Shown here in pieces: positions 35,837 through 49,945 of a stretch of DNA of 64,000 nucleotides (position 1 is its first letter; each line of letters opens with the position of its first letter). The translations under genes were made by a program, and so were the position numbers. The stretch is from Spizellomyces punctatus DAOM BR117 (taxonomy: Eukaryota). The notes under the pieces were generated by a model that was not told the DNA's origin, did no database searches, and was given only the letters and a program-made list of their open reading frames with translations. The DNA lies in NCBI GenBank assembly GCA_000182565.2, contig KQ257456.1; one strand, 5' to 3'.

Positions 35837-36949
35837 ATGCCGCCTGTAACCGCTCCAACGCTCAACTATCATGGTAAGCTTATTATGTTCCAAAACAGTT
35901 GATATCATTATGTGTGCTCAATACGTTGAATAACCAGAATTGGTCGGTACGTTCTGCAAGCATGGTTTACTAGCAGTTCATGCAATTCCTAACAAGACGA
36001 ACACTACCCAGACACCCTTCTCGAGTTCCTCGAAGTTGCCATACACTACGTGCTATACGTGAGAGAGATCTATCCCGCCGATATCTTTGAACCACGACGG
36101 AAATATAATGTTCCCGTTCGAATGTCACGGCATCCCGTTCTGAATGGGTATATACGGGACGTTCTGGCTGGGATCAAACCGGACCTGCAAAAGGTCGTTG
36201 GAGAGGTTCACTTTTGAATGTGTATTTGAGCAGAGTTAATTGTTTTTACCATCCACCACAGGGAGTCGTTTCAAAAGTGTATCTAGCGATACATGATCCA
36301 GCACGGAACGTTGTCGAAAAGTTCACGTTTCAGATACGGTCCTTGATGGAGGGCATTGAGGAGGGTGTAAGGAAACAGTATGTACCGCTGGCCACCGTTT
36401 ATGTTCTAGAACAAGTTTGTCATTTTTCGTCTCTACAGCGCCCAAACCACGATCAATACATCCGATGTGGAAGCATACTTGCGCTCGTTTCTGCTCAAGA
36501 TTGCCGTTTGCGATTCAATGTTGAATCCCAATCCTCCAGGTAAGCTCGTCCGGTCATGATCTTTTCCACTTCACTGTATTAATAATCTATGCACAGATTG
36601 CTCGTTTGTATTATTGGTAGAACTGGCAGGGGACCATCCAACTCCGACCAGCGTATCGACAGTATGTAATCGAGCATCTATGTTCTCCACTGCTATGATT
36701 TACTTACTCGCGCATGATTCTGTGTATTGTGCAGGGAGCTCCTTGGGTGCCTAGTGAACCCACGGATGTAGAAGTCACATCACCCTCCCTTATCCCTCTG
36801 AAAACTATGGATGCTGGGTTGCTCAAGGTACGGTGGTATCTCTTTCTTTTCTGTGCAATAACATTTGCTGATAGTGCCTTTTGGTACGGTCTGGATAGAT
36901 GCAGCTATACGTCGAGGAAAGCGATGCGAAGCAATCTTCAACGGGATGA
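35837..36949 (+). CDS. REV7: HORMA-domain protein Rev7/MAD2L2 (DNA polymerase zeta accessory subunit)
   Basis: [78 protein letters not shown]. Confidence 0.88.
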
Positions 36950-37354
36950 GAGTGGAATCTGAGTGTTTCCTTCAAACTTGTTTGCGGAATGCGTGTAGGC
37001 TTCCAGATGGCTTATTGCCTTGACGGTCATCATACGCGCAGAACAGCAAAAGCATTCTGTTGTCGCTATTCAGCTGGAAATCCATAAGTTCCTCTCCACT
37101 CACTCACTCGTGATTGATTTCGTCGCAGCCCTCGTGGTATCTGGTTAAGCTTTTGAGTGTGCATAGAAGTGTGAATATAGTGACTGCCCGAGTAGAGTAC
37201 TTTTTAGTTGGTTAGGGTGTAATTCTCTAATAGATACCAACTATGTGGCGGGGAATGACTTATCGGCCTTGGTTACCGGCCATCGCAACCCAAACGCGGT
37301 GATTGCATGATACTGACTTTGCACGGCCCACTGCTGCCGATTCGTTCGTCCACC

Positions 37355-38153
37355 ATGTCGGCACTACCAATGCGACTTCCAATATCTCAAACCCGTCAAC
37401 TCATTCGGCTCCAACCATGTTGCGCACGTTCCCTCTCCACTTTCTCAGAACATAGCGAGACTCCCCGACCCCGGGTGAAGCGGCCGCTCACCGAAAAGGA
37501 AAAGGATCTCATCGCAGCGATGCTTCGAGTAGACCACGCAGGCGAACTAGGAGCCAACTGGATTTATAAGGGACAGATGGCGGTTCTGGGTAAGGACCCT
37601 AAAGTGGGGCCTGTAGTGCAGGTGTGCCGTGAACTATAAGTTTCCAATCCTGTCTAAACATTACTCACCCTTACTCTAAACAGCACATGTGGGACCAGGA
37701 GAAATTCCATCTCAAGGTTTTTGACGACATGATTGCTGCAAATCGAGTAAGACCAACGGCGCTGCGACCTTTCTGGGAGGTTGCAGGATACGCTCTAGGA
37801 GCGGGCACCGCGTTGTTGGGCAAGGAGGCTGCCATGGCGTGCACAGAGGCTGTTGAGACGGTGATTGGGGAACATTATAATGAGTATGTGAGCTAGCCAT
37901 ATGTTTGGCTGACATATCTCAGGGCGCGATCTAAGTTTATGTTCTTTTCAGCCAGCTAAGAGAGCTATTGAAGATCGACCATCCTGAAGTAGATAAACTC
38001 AGGGAAGTCATCAAACAGTTTCGTGATGAGGAGTTAGAACACCTGGATACGGCTGTGGATCATGAGGCAAAGAAGGCGCCAGTCTACCCGGGGTTGACTG
38101 CAGTGATTCAGCAGGGCTGTAAGGCGGCGATTTGGATTGCCACCCGTATTTAG
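37355..38153 (+). CDS. COQ7: 5-demethoxyubiquinone hydroxylase, mitochondrial
   Basis: [72 protein letters not shown]. Confidence 0.96.
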
Positions 38154-38348
38154 ATTTGGACTCGTCATGAAGCAGGTGTATATAAGGAATACCGGAATGC
38201 ATTTCAATTCGGGGAGTAGGACATCATTCATTGCACTACAGCATTTTATACAGATGGAACCTTAGCGGTAAAATAGGGTAGTGGGAAATTGGGATATTGA
38301 GATATAAGTATTCCTCCCAACAAATGTACAAAAGTGGCTAAAGTATGT

Positions 38349-41300
38349 TCAGAATGCATCATCATCGTCATCGGGCTCTGCACCGCCTTCATCGTATGAC
38401 ATGGCATCGTCGGAAAACACTATCTCCCCGTCGTCAATGTCCTTATCATCCAGTTCAATCTCGTCATCTGTGTGTCCCGCACCAAAATCAGACGAGTACT
38501 CGTCGTCAGCTTCCGACTGCTTTTTTTCTAGACCGTGATCACTGCCATTCGCACTCAACGGGGGTATGGTGTTTTCCGATTTAAGCCATTTGGATCCCGC
38601 GGAAGTGGTATTTTTTATGCCCCTAGCTCCCTCCTCGTTATCTCCAAGGGGCAGCGATTCAATATCTTCATCGCTGAAATGCAAACTTTCCTCGTCCTCA
38701 CTAGCCAAGCGGTCATCGGAAGGTGGACCTGGAACACGAGGAGCGTTCTCAATGTCGGAGAGCCATCCTCTGCTGCCTTTAACCCATGGCGACGAGTTTG
38801 GACTTTTATCCAATGATGCCCGATCCGCAACAGGTGATAGAAGACCTGGTGGCGCTAGCTTCTTTGGAGGTTGAATAGACTTTGCTGACGTCTGGGATTC
38901 ATGGTGGGATTCGCTTTCGTTGGCCGAGGCTACATCCCTCTCGTCTTTCTGTATGTCGTTCTGTTGAGCAGATTCCACTACGTGCCCCTTGGCTGTGTTG
39001 TCCACATGCTCGTCATCGCTTGCTTCATGTGCTTCGTCTTCTATTTCTTCTGGTACGATTTCTTCTGCGATCTCGTCATCAATTGGTTCCTCCGATGATG
39101 TGGGTGCCTGTGGAGAGGGCTCTATTGTCAAAGCGGATACGGGTGCAGGAGTGGTTGCCGAGACAATTGGAGCGACAGTCAAGAGTTTGGGAAGTCCCAC
39201 ACCCTTGGTAGCTGCTTTGGCCTCTACATCTGCGTCTGGAAGCAGCGGCACAGGAACGGTTTCCTCAAGTTCGCCTTCGCGTTTCTCGGGTAGCTGTAGG
39301 GGCGATGGACGATGTCTGTAGTTGGAATCAGAGATTCCGATTGCATCAGCCTCTTCTCGCCCAAGTGCAAGCGGTCGTCTGCCAACACTTTTGCGAGATA
39401 TTTCGCTGACGGAACTGGTGCGCCTACTGCCCTGGACAATGTGTGAGGAGAATGGCCGATGTTCCTCATCGTCTGAATCCAACATGTCGAGTACCGCATC
39501 CAGATCTGCGGTTGATTGAGTTTCTGCTTGTTCGCCGATATCACTGGGAACATGGGAGGACGGTCTACCAGAGTTGAGTTCTTCCATGCTCGCACTTACA
39601 TTGTTGTCATTGGCGAGTGGCTCGCCCTTGAAATCTTGGACAGACATTTGCGGCTCTCCGTTTCTTTTTTCCTCTGAATTGGCTTCAGAATTGTCTTCCT
39701 TCTCACTCGGTTCATCTTCATCGCCTTCTTCTTCGCCCACGTCGTTCAAGTCCGACGACCACTTGTGAGAGAGCTCCTCAACAGATTCGGCATATAGATT
39801 CTTCTCCTCACGGGAAGCGACCGAGACGCGGCGACGCCTATACGTCGATTCCTCCTGTTCTTGCGGTTGTGGAGCATCTTCCTCCTGTTCGTCTTCTTCG
39901 TCTTCTTCGTCTTCTACCTCGGCTTCCTCGTCTGCCTCTTCCCCAAGCTCGGCCGAAAGATCGCCTTCGTTCTCGGAATAGTTGTACTTCCTTTCGGAAC
40001 CTTCTACTTCTTGTTTGTCAAACTCACTTCCGCTGGCCGAGACATTATCATTATGATTGGAGCTTTCCCCTTTCCTACTGTCATCCTCTTCATTGTTCTC
40101 CAGGATTCCCTCGTCAATATCCTCTATATCCTCTTCGATATCAAAATCTTCGCCTTCCAGCAGATCATCGACGTCTTTGAGTACCTTGCCAGTCGTGGCT
40201 GGCTTCAATGTGGAAAGAGATGGGAAGGTAGCGTTGTTTGCGATGGGCTTGCCAGCGTCGGTTTCTGATTCCTGGTCCCATTCGTTGTCTTCAACGGGTG
40301 GACCGAAGGATTTCTGATTTCAAACGTGGGCAGCGGAACACTTGGGTAATGTGCATTTAACTGATTACCTGAACATCATAGACGTATCCTGGATCACCAG
40401 GTTTTATCCGGGTTTTCTCAAAATCATCATTCATGGATTTCTTGATCTTGGCTAGATCCTCGTCCCTTTGAGCATCTTCTTTAACGAATTGTTGGCCAAG
40501 AAGGAGGAACGCGTTCTCTTACCCAAGTTTGTTCAGATCCAAATTTCCATCAATCTGATGGGCTTTCGCGGCAACTGTTTCTACCTCCGCATCGGCAGCT
40601 GGTTGCTTCTTCTCTTTCTCGACTGAATTGGATAGTGGGGGCAATTCTCGCGCAGGTGGTTGCAGGGTGGTCAAAGGGGTTAGCTTCTTGGGTAGTGGGA
40701 GAGCTCCGAGGTGTGAGCCAGTGTTGACAAGAGAAGGGCCTTTTGTTAGCCACGCGGGCGCTTCTGTTGCGAGACCTTGTATCGGGACACTCCCAGGTTC
40801 TTTGGAAGCCTGAGGTCGACTTTCCACCTCTTCGGCGTATATGCGGTCAACAATCCGCTTCACCTGAACCGAAAGCACGCGTTGATCAGCGTCCATCCCA
40901 TTCCCGATGAAAGGGAGGAATATGAAAATACCTGTTCAACTTTTACAGTGCCCAGATATTGCTGATGCCTATCATAGATATGTTGCACAACATCGGTGAC
41001 ATTGTTCTTATCCAGTCCTCGCAGTGGCATGCTTCGTCGCCGTGATTTACCTGATCACAGAGTAATTTGATCCATTAGTTCCATTTCAATGCATGCTTAT
41101 AGTTCATGCAGCCATCACCTACCCGTATCCTCCGCGACATAAAAAAGGACTAATACTGGCCTTTGGTAACGAATTGCTAGTTTTTTGGGTGAAACCATTC
41201 TGTTGGAAGGCCGCCAGTTCGCAGAGTGACCAGTCTTTGCGGCGGTGTTCTGGGGGAAAGTGGAGTATGGGCGTGATGGGTCAGAATGTCTCGGCAGGAT

Positions 41301-41444
41301 ATCATCTAGGTTCATGCTTTCCAAACTTGAGCCCGCCGAAGACGTAAGGCTGCTAAGACTGCTGGCGGAGCTTTGGTTGCTCCGATCAAACGAGGGGCGT
41401 TTCCCAATTGGTAATGGAATAAAGGATGTTGCCACAGCAGTCAT
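38349..41444 (-). CDS. CEP19: CEP19-like centrosomal/basal-body protein with a very long acidic C-terminal extension
   Basis: PKKLAIRYQRPVLVLFY, KSRRRSMPLR, DLNKL|..KKSMNDDFEKNRIKPGDPGYVYDVQ|KSFGPPVEDNEWD CEP19 motifs, continuing into the Asp/Glu-rich ORF ending at 38349. Confidence 0.8.
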
Positions 41445-41672
41445 TGTTTACAGGGAATGCCAGAGACGGAAAGGTTTAAATCCGGGAAGGTGGAATGCGT
41501 ATGTGTCGTATTTACGTCTGACTATGTGTGTGTGATAAGTTTGGATCTGCCAATTTAAGGATTGTGAAGTTGGATTGGGACGGGCCTATTCGATCAAATG
41601 AGGGGATATTTCAGGGTCAAGATCAAGACCATATCGAAAGGACTTAAAGCAGATCAGAACAGTATCAAAATC

Positions 41673-44518
41673 ATGTCCACGGTAGAGTTTGGGACCAGAT
41701 CCCGTCCACTCTCTCCTTACAGATATGTCAACAGAAGTGGTCAAGGGAGTCCTCAAAATGCGAATCGGAGCCGGCCATCAAGTGCCAGATATATTGAGGA
41801 TGATAATGGCAACCGGGAACGACGGGCAATGGAGAAGGTTCTCACAGAAGTCGAGAACTCCAGGACCTACCTTTTACGAGGATTGATTCTTGCTGATAAA
41901 AGTAATCAGACGGAAGACAAAGATCTTCTTCCATTTGATGAGATGGATCGGATGGTGCAGACTTTTCACCGGGTGAGTGTGCCCACACAAACGTGCATCC
42001 ATTATATTGTTGAGATGGACTCGTATGAACCGATGGACTGCTAGGAACTGGATGTGATACGGTGTATGCTGCAAGTCAATCAAGACTCAAAGATCCAGAT
42101 GCTGGTCGATCAGGTATACGATACAATCAAAGATCGTTTACAGACATTAGAACAAAATCACCGTGCTGAGGTGGATAGAGCGAGACAGGACTGTAAAGCT
42201 CAGCTCAAAGGGGCTGTAAGAGAATTGCTGCAAACACATAAGGTATACTGCCACCCCAATGCCTTGAGACCACCAAGGAATTGCTAGACAAACTCTTGAA
42301 TACAGAATTACAATGCATACGCTCTGCATCAAGCCGATGAGCAGCTGGGAGACGATATCCGGCGCGGAGAGGCAAGGGTCGAAAAGGTTGCTAGTAAACT
42401 CCGACAGATGGAGGATGAAGAGGAGCGCCTGCGATATTCCATCGCGAGAGCTTATTTGCTGCTCAAAAGGAAGGGCCTTCTCAGCGAAGCGGAAGTGAGT
42501 AGGACAAAGCTGACCTAGATATTTCCAATTGACTGAGTATGATTGTAGATCGCGGTGGCAGATGAGGCACGTATGAGAACGGTGGATGTGGTTGACCAAT
42601 ATCAATCCATGCTCTCAAAGCGGGATGACGAGATCTTCTGGTTGCGAGGACAAATATCAGAGCTTGAAGAATTTTTAGACGAAGACGTATCTCCGGATTC
42701 CAGGCCAAGGACGCAGACTACACAGCATCATCGAACCTCCGTCAGTGGGAGCACTGGGACGCTACGACTGGGCAGTTCGAGAACCGCAATGATGCGGAGC
42801 ATGTCAACAGCATTGGATACGCTCATTGAAGATACATCGCAGCCTTCCGAAGACGGGGGCGATCAAGTGGAATCTGATGCAGAAGATGAGGACGAACTTG
42901 CAGTCGTGGATGAATTGGAACGTACATACGAAGAGAAAATCCGTGTGTTGGAAGAGGAACACATGAAGGAAGTTGCTGCAGCCACAGCGGAGCACGATCG
43001 TATCCTACACGGATGGGAGGTTCGACTATCCAGCCTTCTACAGCTGCAAGACCAGGAGCACGTTAAAAGAGTGACAAAACGACAAGAAGAACTGCTACAA
43101 CTTGCAATGCAAGTATACAAACCCCGGCCACCTGCCGATAAAGAAGTGACTGCATATACCGCAGGACTGACCTTGCAAATGTTACTAGACGAAGAGGCAC
43201 GTTGTAAAGAGATAGAGGAAGAGGAAAACAGGAGAAGGCAAGAGGAAAGAGAGGAAGAGGAAAGAGCTGAACAGGAAGAATTACTACAAGGTCATGGGTC
43301 CATGGAGTTTGCGATATATATGCGCGGTCGAGCTGTCTCCAACAGATTTAGCAGTGTAAGTGCGGAGTAACGACCTTGCATTTTCGTTTTTCCAATGTAA
43401 CTTCATGATTTTCAGGAGGAGCTTGACCTTGCCTTGGGTAGTGAACTGCCGCCGTACTCCATGGGAGCCTTCCGAGGTCATCCCGCACCCCTTCGCCGGG
43501 GAACAAGTAACCGCTCAATAGAAAACGCGGAGCATCGACACTCCACCAATAGTTTTGCGAAATCAAGAAGCCTAAACCTATCTAATGACGGAATATCGTC
43601 AGGAACCGCTAGTAGGGTTTCGGTGTCACATGCTGACAGCAAGCAGGCAACGGTCAAAGGACACGGCCGTCGAACTATATCTGAGAGCAGACGATCCTCA
43701 GCCTGTCAGCGAGCGCCTTCAGCAGGAAAGCTTGCTCTCGGATCGACTGTAACTCGCAGGAGCATTTCACGGGCGGAAGTGCCGAAAAGTCAAACAGATC
43801 CAAAGGCACGGGTATCAATATGGCAACAGAGTAGGCTCCTCACGACAGCCGACACTGAAATACAAGGGATGAACGTAAGGGGCCAATCCCCGTCCTCTCC
43901 ACATGATGCAGATCATGAGGTATCTTGTGGAACACCGATGATGTTATTCCCGGAAGCGACCAATGTAGCCCAGGAAACGAGACCATTGCAACCGAGTATT
44001 GTGAGCAATTCTATGGTTACTACTGCGAATGACATTGAGATGGAGCTGAATCATAATCAAGGGATAATGGATAAGGTGGGCAAACGGTTTCTGGCAACAA
44101 TAGTACTGGTTACTAATGATGAATTCCACCGCCGCATGTACAGCCTGTGATCGGGCGGTCATTGATGTCCGGAGGCACATCGACGCAAGTCGCAGGCCCG
44201 GTGACACCTTCCATTTCCTTCATTCCGTCCAGTCCGTCTCGCGATCGTCCCACAAGCAACAGCAAATCATCCAAGCCATCATCTGCATCACCATCGCCGA
44301 GCCGATCTGGCACAGAAGAAGAGCTGATTGACGCGATCAGCGTACGACCATGGAGTGCAACATCTGAGGGAGATGTTCTTTCCAGACTGAACAGGGCGAG
44401 AGTCAGTCACCCTGGTAGTGCGCCATACTTATCCAAGCCTATACGCAGGCTTGCGTCGGGTGGTAGTGTTGCAGCAAGGTCCCCACCCATCCGAACGCCG
44501 CCTAGGAAATCCCAATGA
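41673..44518 (+). CDS. Coiled-coil protein, N-terminus resembling DUF4709 (C10orf67-like)
   Basis: ADKSNQTE..QVYDTIKDRLQTLEQNHRAEVDRARQDCKAQLKGAV; chain of + ORFs 41598-44518 with short introns. Confidence 0.6.
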
Positions 44519-45372
44519 GGTATACGGAGTAGATAGATAGATGATGTAGACTGCTCATAGTATCGTCAGTATCAGTAATAGCTTCAAGGGGCAGCTTGTG
44601 GGGAATAGATGTTTCTTTGCGTGTATTGGCAGATGCGATAGTGCACGCCGATACCCAGATTGCTCCCATCTGAAACGGATACAGTGTCCTCGAACGCAAG
44701 TGCAGGGGCAAGCGAAATAATTGTATTGGAGAAATGCAAATACAAGACATGTAGGGGCTACAAACTGAGTGTGCATGAACATTCTCGAGTAAACAGAACT
44801 TGTCGTACCCTGGTAGTGGGATAAGAGTAGATTTGAATTAGTATTCAAGCACACATAAAGTCGTCGGTGGGCTGCCCGCCGGCAATTGCTCAGAGTATAT
44901 TGCAATCTCTCCTCAAAAGGTTTCAGAGTAGCGATTCTTTTTAACTCTCATCACCGCACACAAAGGTCTATACTATCGCCATGGGACCGCCTCGAATCTC
45001 TCCCCAACAATCCGTACGTACCTTTGGGTCTCATCAGTGATGGGAGGCCTTTGGAGAGCGAGACGAGAAGAAAACCTTGCAGATTGTTACCCTGGAATGG
45101 GTTCCAGTGCGGATGCAATTCTGCTTAGCTGCTTAGCATAGCACTTTTCCGACATGCCCCAAAGTCTTTTCCTGCCGTACCCTTCTCGTCGAACGATCGA
45201 ATATCTGCTTGAGGATGATGAAGCTCTGACCGATATCATTTGTCAGTGCATGATAGATTGACTAGAAAGACGTGGAACTCATCAGCCAGTGGGCGGCCGT
45301 TCCATTTCTATTGGCAAAGCTTCCTGGCAAAGCCTGTGTCCCACAACGCAATATATAAGCGCTAAGCACACT

Positions 45373-47740
45373 ATGCTTGGTAAAAGACCATCTGGTCTAC
45401 TGCAGTCTTCTGGGATCAGTCCCAAACTCCATTTGGTTGTTCATGTTCATACAGTGCACTCAATTTCCTCTCCAACCTGGGCGGAGGAGCCACTACTGAA
45501 AGAGCCCGCCTTCATTTGTTTATCCGATCCGGGTTTAACAGTAGAGGATTTACGGAGTAGCTTTGTAGAATCTGGCCTTGGAAAGCGGGTAACCCTCTGG
45601 AACGAAGACGGCAGCGTGGTTCCGGGCTCTTGTACCGTTCAAGATGCTTTCCATGATGGGGAACGTATTCTCGTTGGAGTTCACTCACCGGTCAAAGCCG
45701 AAAGGAAGACGACCTTTATAGATGGTATGATGCATACATAGCACTGTGAACAACCAGCCGCACGGATCTCAGTGTCTTCGTGTAGATTGTAGAGCTGCAC
45801 AGAAACGTCCACGAGAGGATGATTCAAAAAGTCTGATTGGCGAGGATGTGGGACGACAGAGGACCAAACGAAGGAAACAATCGGTCGGTTCGTTCGATGA
45901 CTGTTTTGAGAGAGGGAACACGGTAAAGCGGCCACACAAAGTCGCTCTGGGCAAACAACCTGTTCGCACGACATCCTCTACTTGTGCTGAATTAGGTCGA
46001 GATACACAGCCTACAACTACGGTATGCACTAGTGTGGGGATTGAGGCCAGTGACGCTTATTATCTTTATACACTAACAACGCGATTACCGCAGACCAACT
46101 CCTCCGACATCATCGCCGGGACTCCTCAGAAGGAGCGCAGTAAGAGACGAAAGAGGCCACAAATACTTGGTTCGCCTTCCAAGAAGATACTAAACAACAA
46201 TCCTGTTTCGGCTTGGACGCCTCCACACCCACAATTACCTTCACAGTCACCCAACAGCCGCATGGCGAGTGCATCCGCGCCGTCTCATTGTGCAATCGTC
46301 AATCGAAAAGAGTCAGAAAAGCTAGAGTTCCGGCAAAAAGAGACTCTGGAACGGCAATCTTTCGAAAATGCATCTGAAGCATATACTGGCTGTAAAGATT
46401 ATGTAGATGCAAACGGTAAAGAGATATCTGGTGGGGTGCGCGCTACCTATGAAGCGACAGAACACCAAGAACATCAAGATGCACATCCATGTCAACTCAT
46501 AGATGACAGCCATCTGGACGAATTCCCCCTTTCTCTACCCGCATCTTTTGCCGCATGCCTTGATAATGCAGAGTTGATCAATGATTTGGATGATTGCGAG
46601 CGGGCTGCTGACGAAGAAGCGCTCGCAAAGGAACTGGAGACTGTAATGGCTGCGACCTTTCAGATGGAATCCTGGCAACTACAACACGCACCATCGCCAA
46701 ATCCAAAGGGGGCGCAGGATGGCGTTTCAGAGAAGCAGTACGATGTCTGGGATCAATTGGAGCATTGCCGCGAAACAGTTGTCGCACCACCAAAGAAGAC
46801 GGCACCTACGCCGGATGGTCAATCTGCCAACCGATCTGCCGAAGATGACGGCGTATCGGCAGCATGCTTTGGGAGTGCTGCGAGCAAGATGAAGTCAAGA
46901 CAGAGATCCCATTTGGAGCAGCATGACTTCAATCCAGTCAATGAGGGTGAACTGATAGGGAGTTCTGTGAAACAGAAAACATCAACGGAAGGACACTCCA
47001 GTGTTCCGACAGGAACCAAGGTACGAGGACGAGCTTTACGCAAACAGAAGAGCAATAACGGAGCGACAGCGGCGCGACTGCACGTGAATATTGGGAGTGC
47101 TACAGGCAAGATGCAGTCAAGAAATGTATCTCCTCTGGAACAGCATGGCTTCGATCCAGTCAACGAGAGTGAGTCAATGGAGGGTTCTGTCGAACAGAAA
47201 ACGTCAACGGAAGTACACTCGAGTGTTCCGACAAGAGCCAAGGTACGTGGGGGAGCTTCACGGAAGCACAAGAGCAAAAAGGGAGCGACAGCGCCACGAA
47301 TGCACGTAAATGAAAATACAGAAGCTATCGATAATAGTGCGAAGGAGAATGACCGCCGAGAGCGCATGAAACTTACTCTAAAGCGTTTTCACGATCGTGA
47401 AAGGAGATATTTGGACCGACTGGAAAATCGTGCTGTCCGGGAAATTAGAGCCGCTAGAAAAATCGCAAAGTTGGATGCAGAAAACGCTTGGATGGAAAAG
47501 CAATGCGGCTTTCTGCAAGAGGAAATAACCCAGCTGGATGAAGAGCGAAATGATTGGGATGAAATGAGACGACGTCAGTCAGAGCTGATTGCTACGTTGC
47601 AACGAAGTATATCTGAGGCCAGAAATAAGCGTGAGAGGCTAGGACAGGAAGTGCTCGCATTACATACGCTTTTCGGGGATCGTGTCAAGAAAAGCATGAT
47701 GAGGGTTATGGGTAAGTCGCTGCAGGAAGGAAACGGCTGA
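45373..47740 (+). CDS. Hypothetical protein: possible N-terminal ubiquitin-like fold, disordered middle with internal duplication, C-terminal coiled coil
   Basis: ORFs 45289-45741 and 45746-47740 joined by a short intron; TATATAAG at ~45351 upstream of ATG 45373. Confidence 0.65.
46868..47311 (+). repeat. Two diverged tandem 222-bp (74-codon) copies inside a CDS
   Basis: ..GGGAGTGCT..GCAAGATG units start at 46868 and 47090; peptides FGSAASKMKSRQRSHLEQHDFNPVNE.. and IGSATGKMQSRNVSPLEQHGFDPVNE.. Confidence 0.9.
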
Positions 47741-48331
47741 GGACGTATAGCCACAGTCTTTATCCGATCAGCAGGAGCAGGACACAATGTGCCGGTTAGA
47801 TCATCCCCGAATCATCCAAATATGTACCTACCAGATATCACATGAAGCTCGTGATTTGTAGCAAGGGCCCTTGAGAGGGAAGAGACACTTCCAGCGTCCG
47901 GTAGGCGACAAGTCCTTTTGAGGGAGGCCTAGATGGGATGCGCTGATATCTACTGTTGCGGCGTAGAAACTGATTCGTGTACAGTTTTTTTTATTCGATA
48001 GTATGTAGTTGATTTTAGTCGAAATCCTTTTCAATACAATCTGTCATTATGATGATGGAACTGACGGCGGCTCATGCCAGCATTTTTTGAATTTTTACGT
48101 ACGTATTTATGTTCTTACCATCAAAAACTTCATTGTGTTCTTCCCGTCGAGGGAGTTGTCAAACTACAAAAGCTTTTGCTGACCTAAAGAAATAATGCCT
48201 TACATAAGCCGATCGTCTCCTACATCCGACACCCGACCTCAAAGTGCTTTTGCCATTCGATTCCTATGATATATCTCTAGATATCACACAAAATTTGCAA
48301 AAGGAGTTTCTAGGATCTGTCCCATTCCATA

Positions 48332-49863
48332 ATGGTAGGTCATAACCGTTCACCGTCGATCGCCTTGTCGTCAAGTCTCACTTGAATTTCAATGGGGAAT
48401 CATGCTGCATCGGATTAGTCCAAAACTCTGACATGGTATGTGAAAGCCAACACAACAATCTTGCAGACATTAAGTTAAACTTATTTCATACAGGAAGCAT
48501 CTCTCGATGAACCAAGTGTACGATTTCTACACGATCAGCACCGGTGAAGAGGCATTGAGGTATCTAGGCACTGATGTAAATATTTGTAATAATTCGCTGA
48601 TTCGGTCTGCACGCTGGCCTCTTGTAGATATCTAGCATCAATTGTGGAGATTGGCGACGATCCCCAGAGGGGCGCTATTCTGTTAGACTTTTATTACTAT
48701 AACCTCAGGTTGGGTCACATTGCAGGAATATTCAGAGCTGTCAAATGGCTTACCTTCTGTGCAGGTTTGCCAAAGACCAACACTTCTCCCCTGAGCAAGC
48801 ATCAGCTTTCTTCTCTATAATGAAGACGACGCACGACAAAGCGATGGGTGTGTAACCCCAAGGGATTTTACTTGCCATTATTTGTATAATTACTCACAAG
48901 CAGAAGACTTTCTTAGCTTCACCCTTCATTAATCTCGATAAGGATTATACCTTCTTCAAAGATGTACTTTTGCACCACTCCGTCCATCGCCCGCCATACA
49001 GTCAAAAAGTATTTTCCCTTGCGGAGGTGAAAGCCATTACCGAATATGCCGTAAACACGTAAGTTGCGTAGAATTTCGCTGCCTTGCCAGTTGATCTCAA
49101 CTTTCAATGACCGCAGGTACTTTCGGCACTATCTAATGTACAAGTACGCATTCACAAAGAAATTGAGATTGGAGCTATCCTTTGATAATGATCTGGTGAA
49201 CGAAGAGCCAGATAAGAAGCAAAGCGAAGAGGAAATAGCGGGCAGTGCTGGTCTAGAGGCGGAAGGGACATTGCACACCGAGGTTGGCTTCGTTCGTGAG
49301 AAGTACCGAAAAGATTTAGCGCTAATGAATGCATTGCAGTCCACTCCAGAAGAGAAGCAACAAGGAGCCCAGCACCCTGCCATCGACAATTCCGGGGTTG
49401 ACGTGCAACAATCCGAGCAGCCCCAAGTTGAGGTAGTTGGCAGTGGAGGAAACCTAGAAATCCCACCTGTCAAGGAACCTGCAGCAACACCACAACATAC
49501 TGATGCGAAGGAAACTGTTGTGAAAGAAACGGAACAAAGTGAAGTTAAGGGAACGACTCCGGAGGTGTCAGGTAGGAAAATTTCGCAAATGGAGCGCATA
49601 GGTATCGGCTCAAACTCATAACTCTTCTCTCTCATGTACCAGGACAAGGACGACCTACTCCGCAAGAAATCGCCGCGAGAGAATTGAGCGCGTTTGTTAC
49701 TGCCACGTTATCCACCAAAATAGACGAGCTACGAAAAACGCTGTTGACTAGACTACAAACCCAGGAGGACCAGATCAATTCAAAGCTGAGAAAACTGGAA
49801 GAGAAGGAGGAGGAGAGAGAGCGATCCGTGAAAAGCAAAGATGCGAAAGGGAAAAAGAAGTAA
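48332..49863 (+). CDS. Flagellar central-pair C1a-32 family protein (CFAP119/CCDC189-like)
   Basis: LLDFYYYNLR|FAKDQHFSPEQASAFFSIMKTTH|..FFKDVLLHHSVHRPPYSQKVFSLAEVKAITEYAVNT|YFRHYLMYKYAFT; start position approximate. Confidence 0.85.
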
Positions 49864-49945
49864 CATTTCGGTTGAATAAAATAATAGTATTCTATATACA
49901 GTCGCACTTCTATCTAAAAAAGGATAACTTATCGGTTGCTGATAT

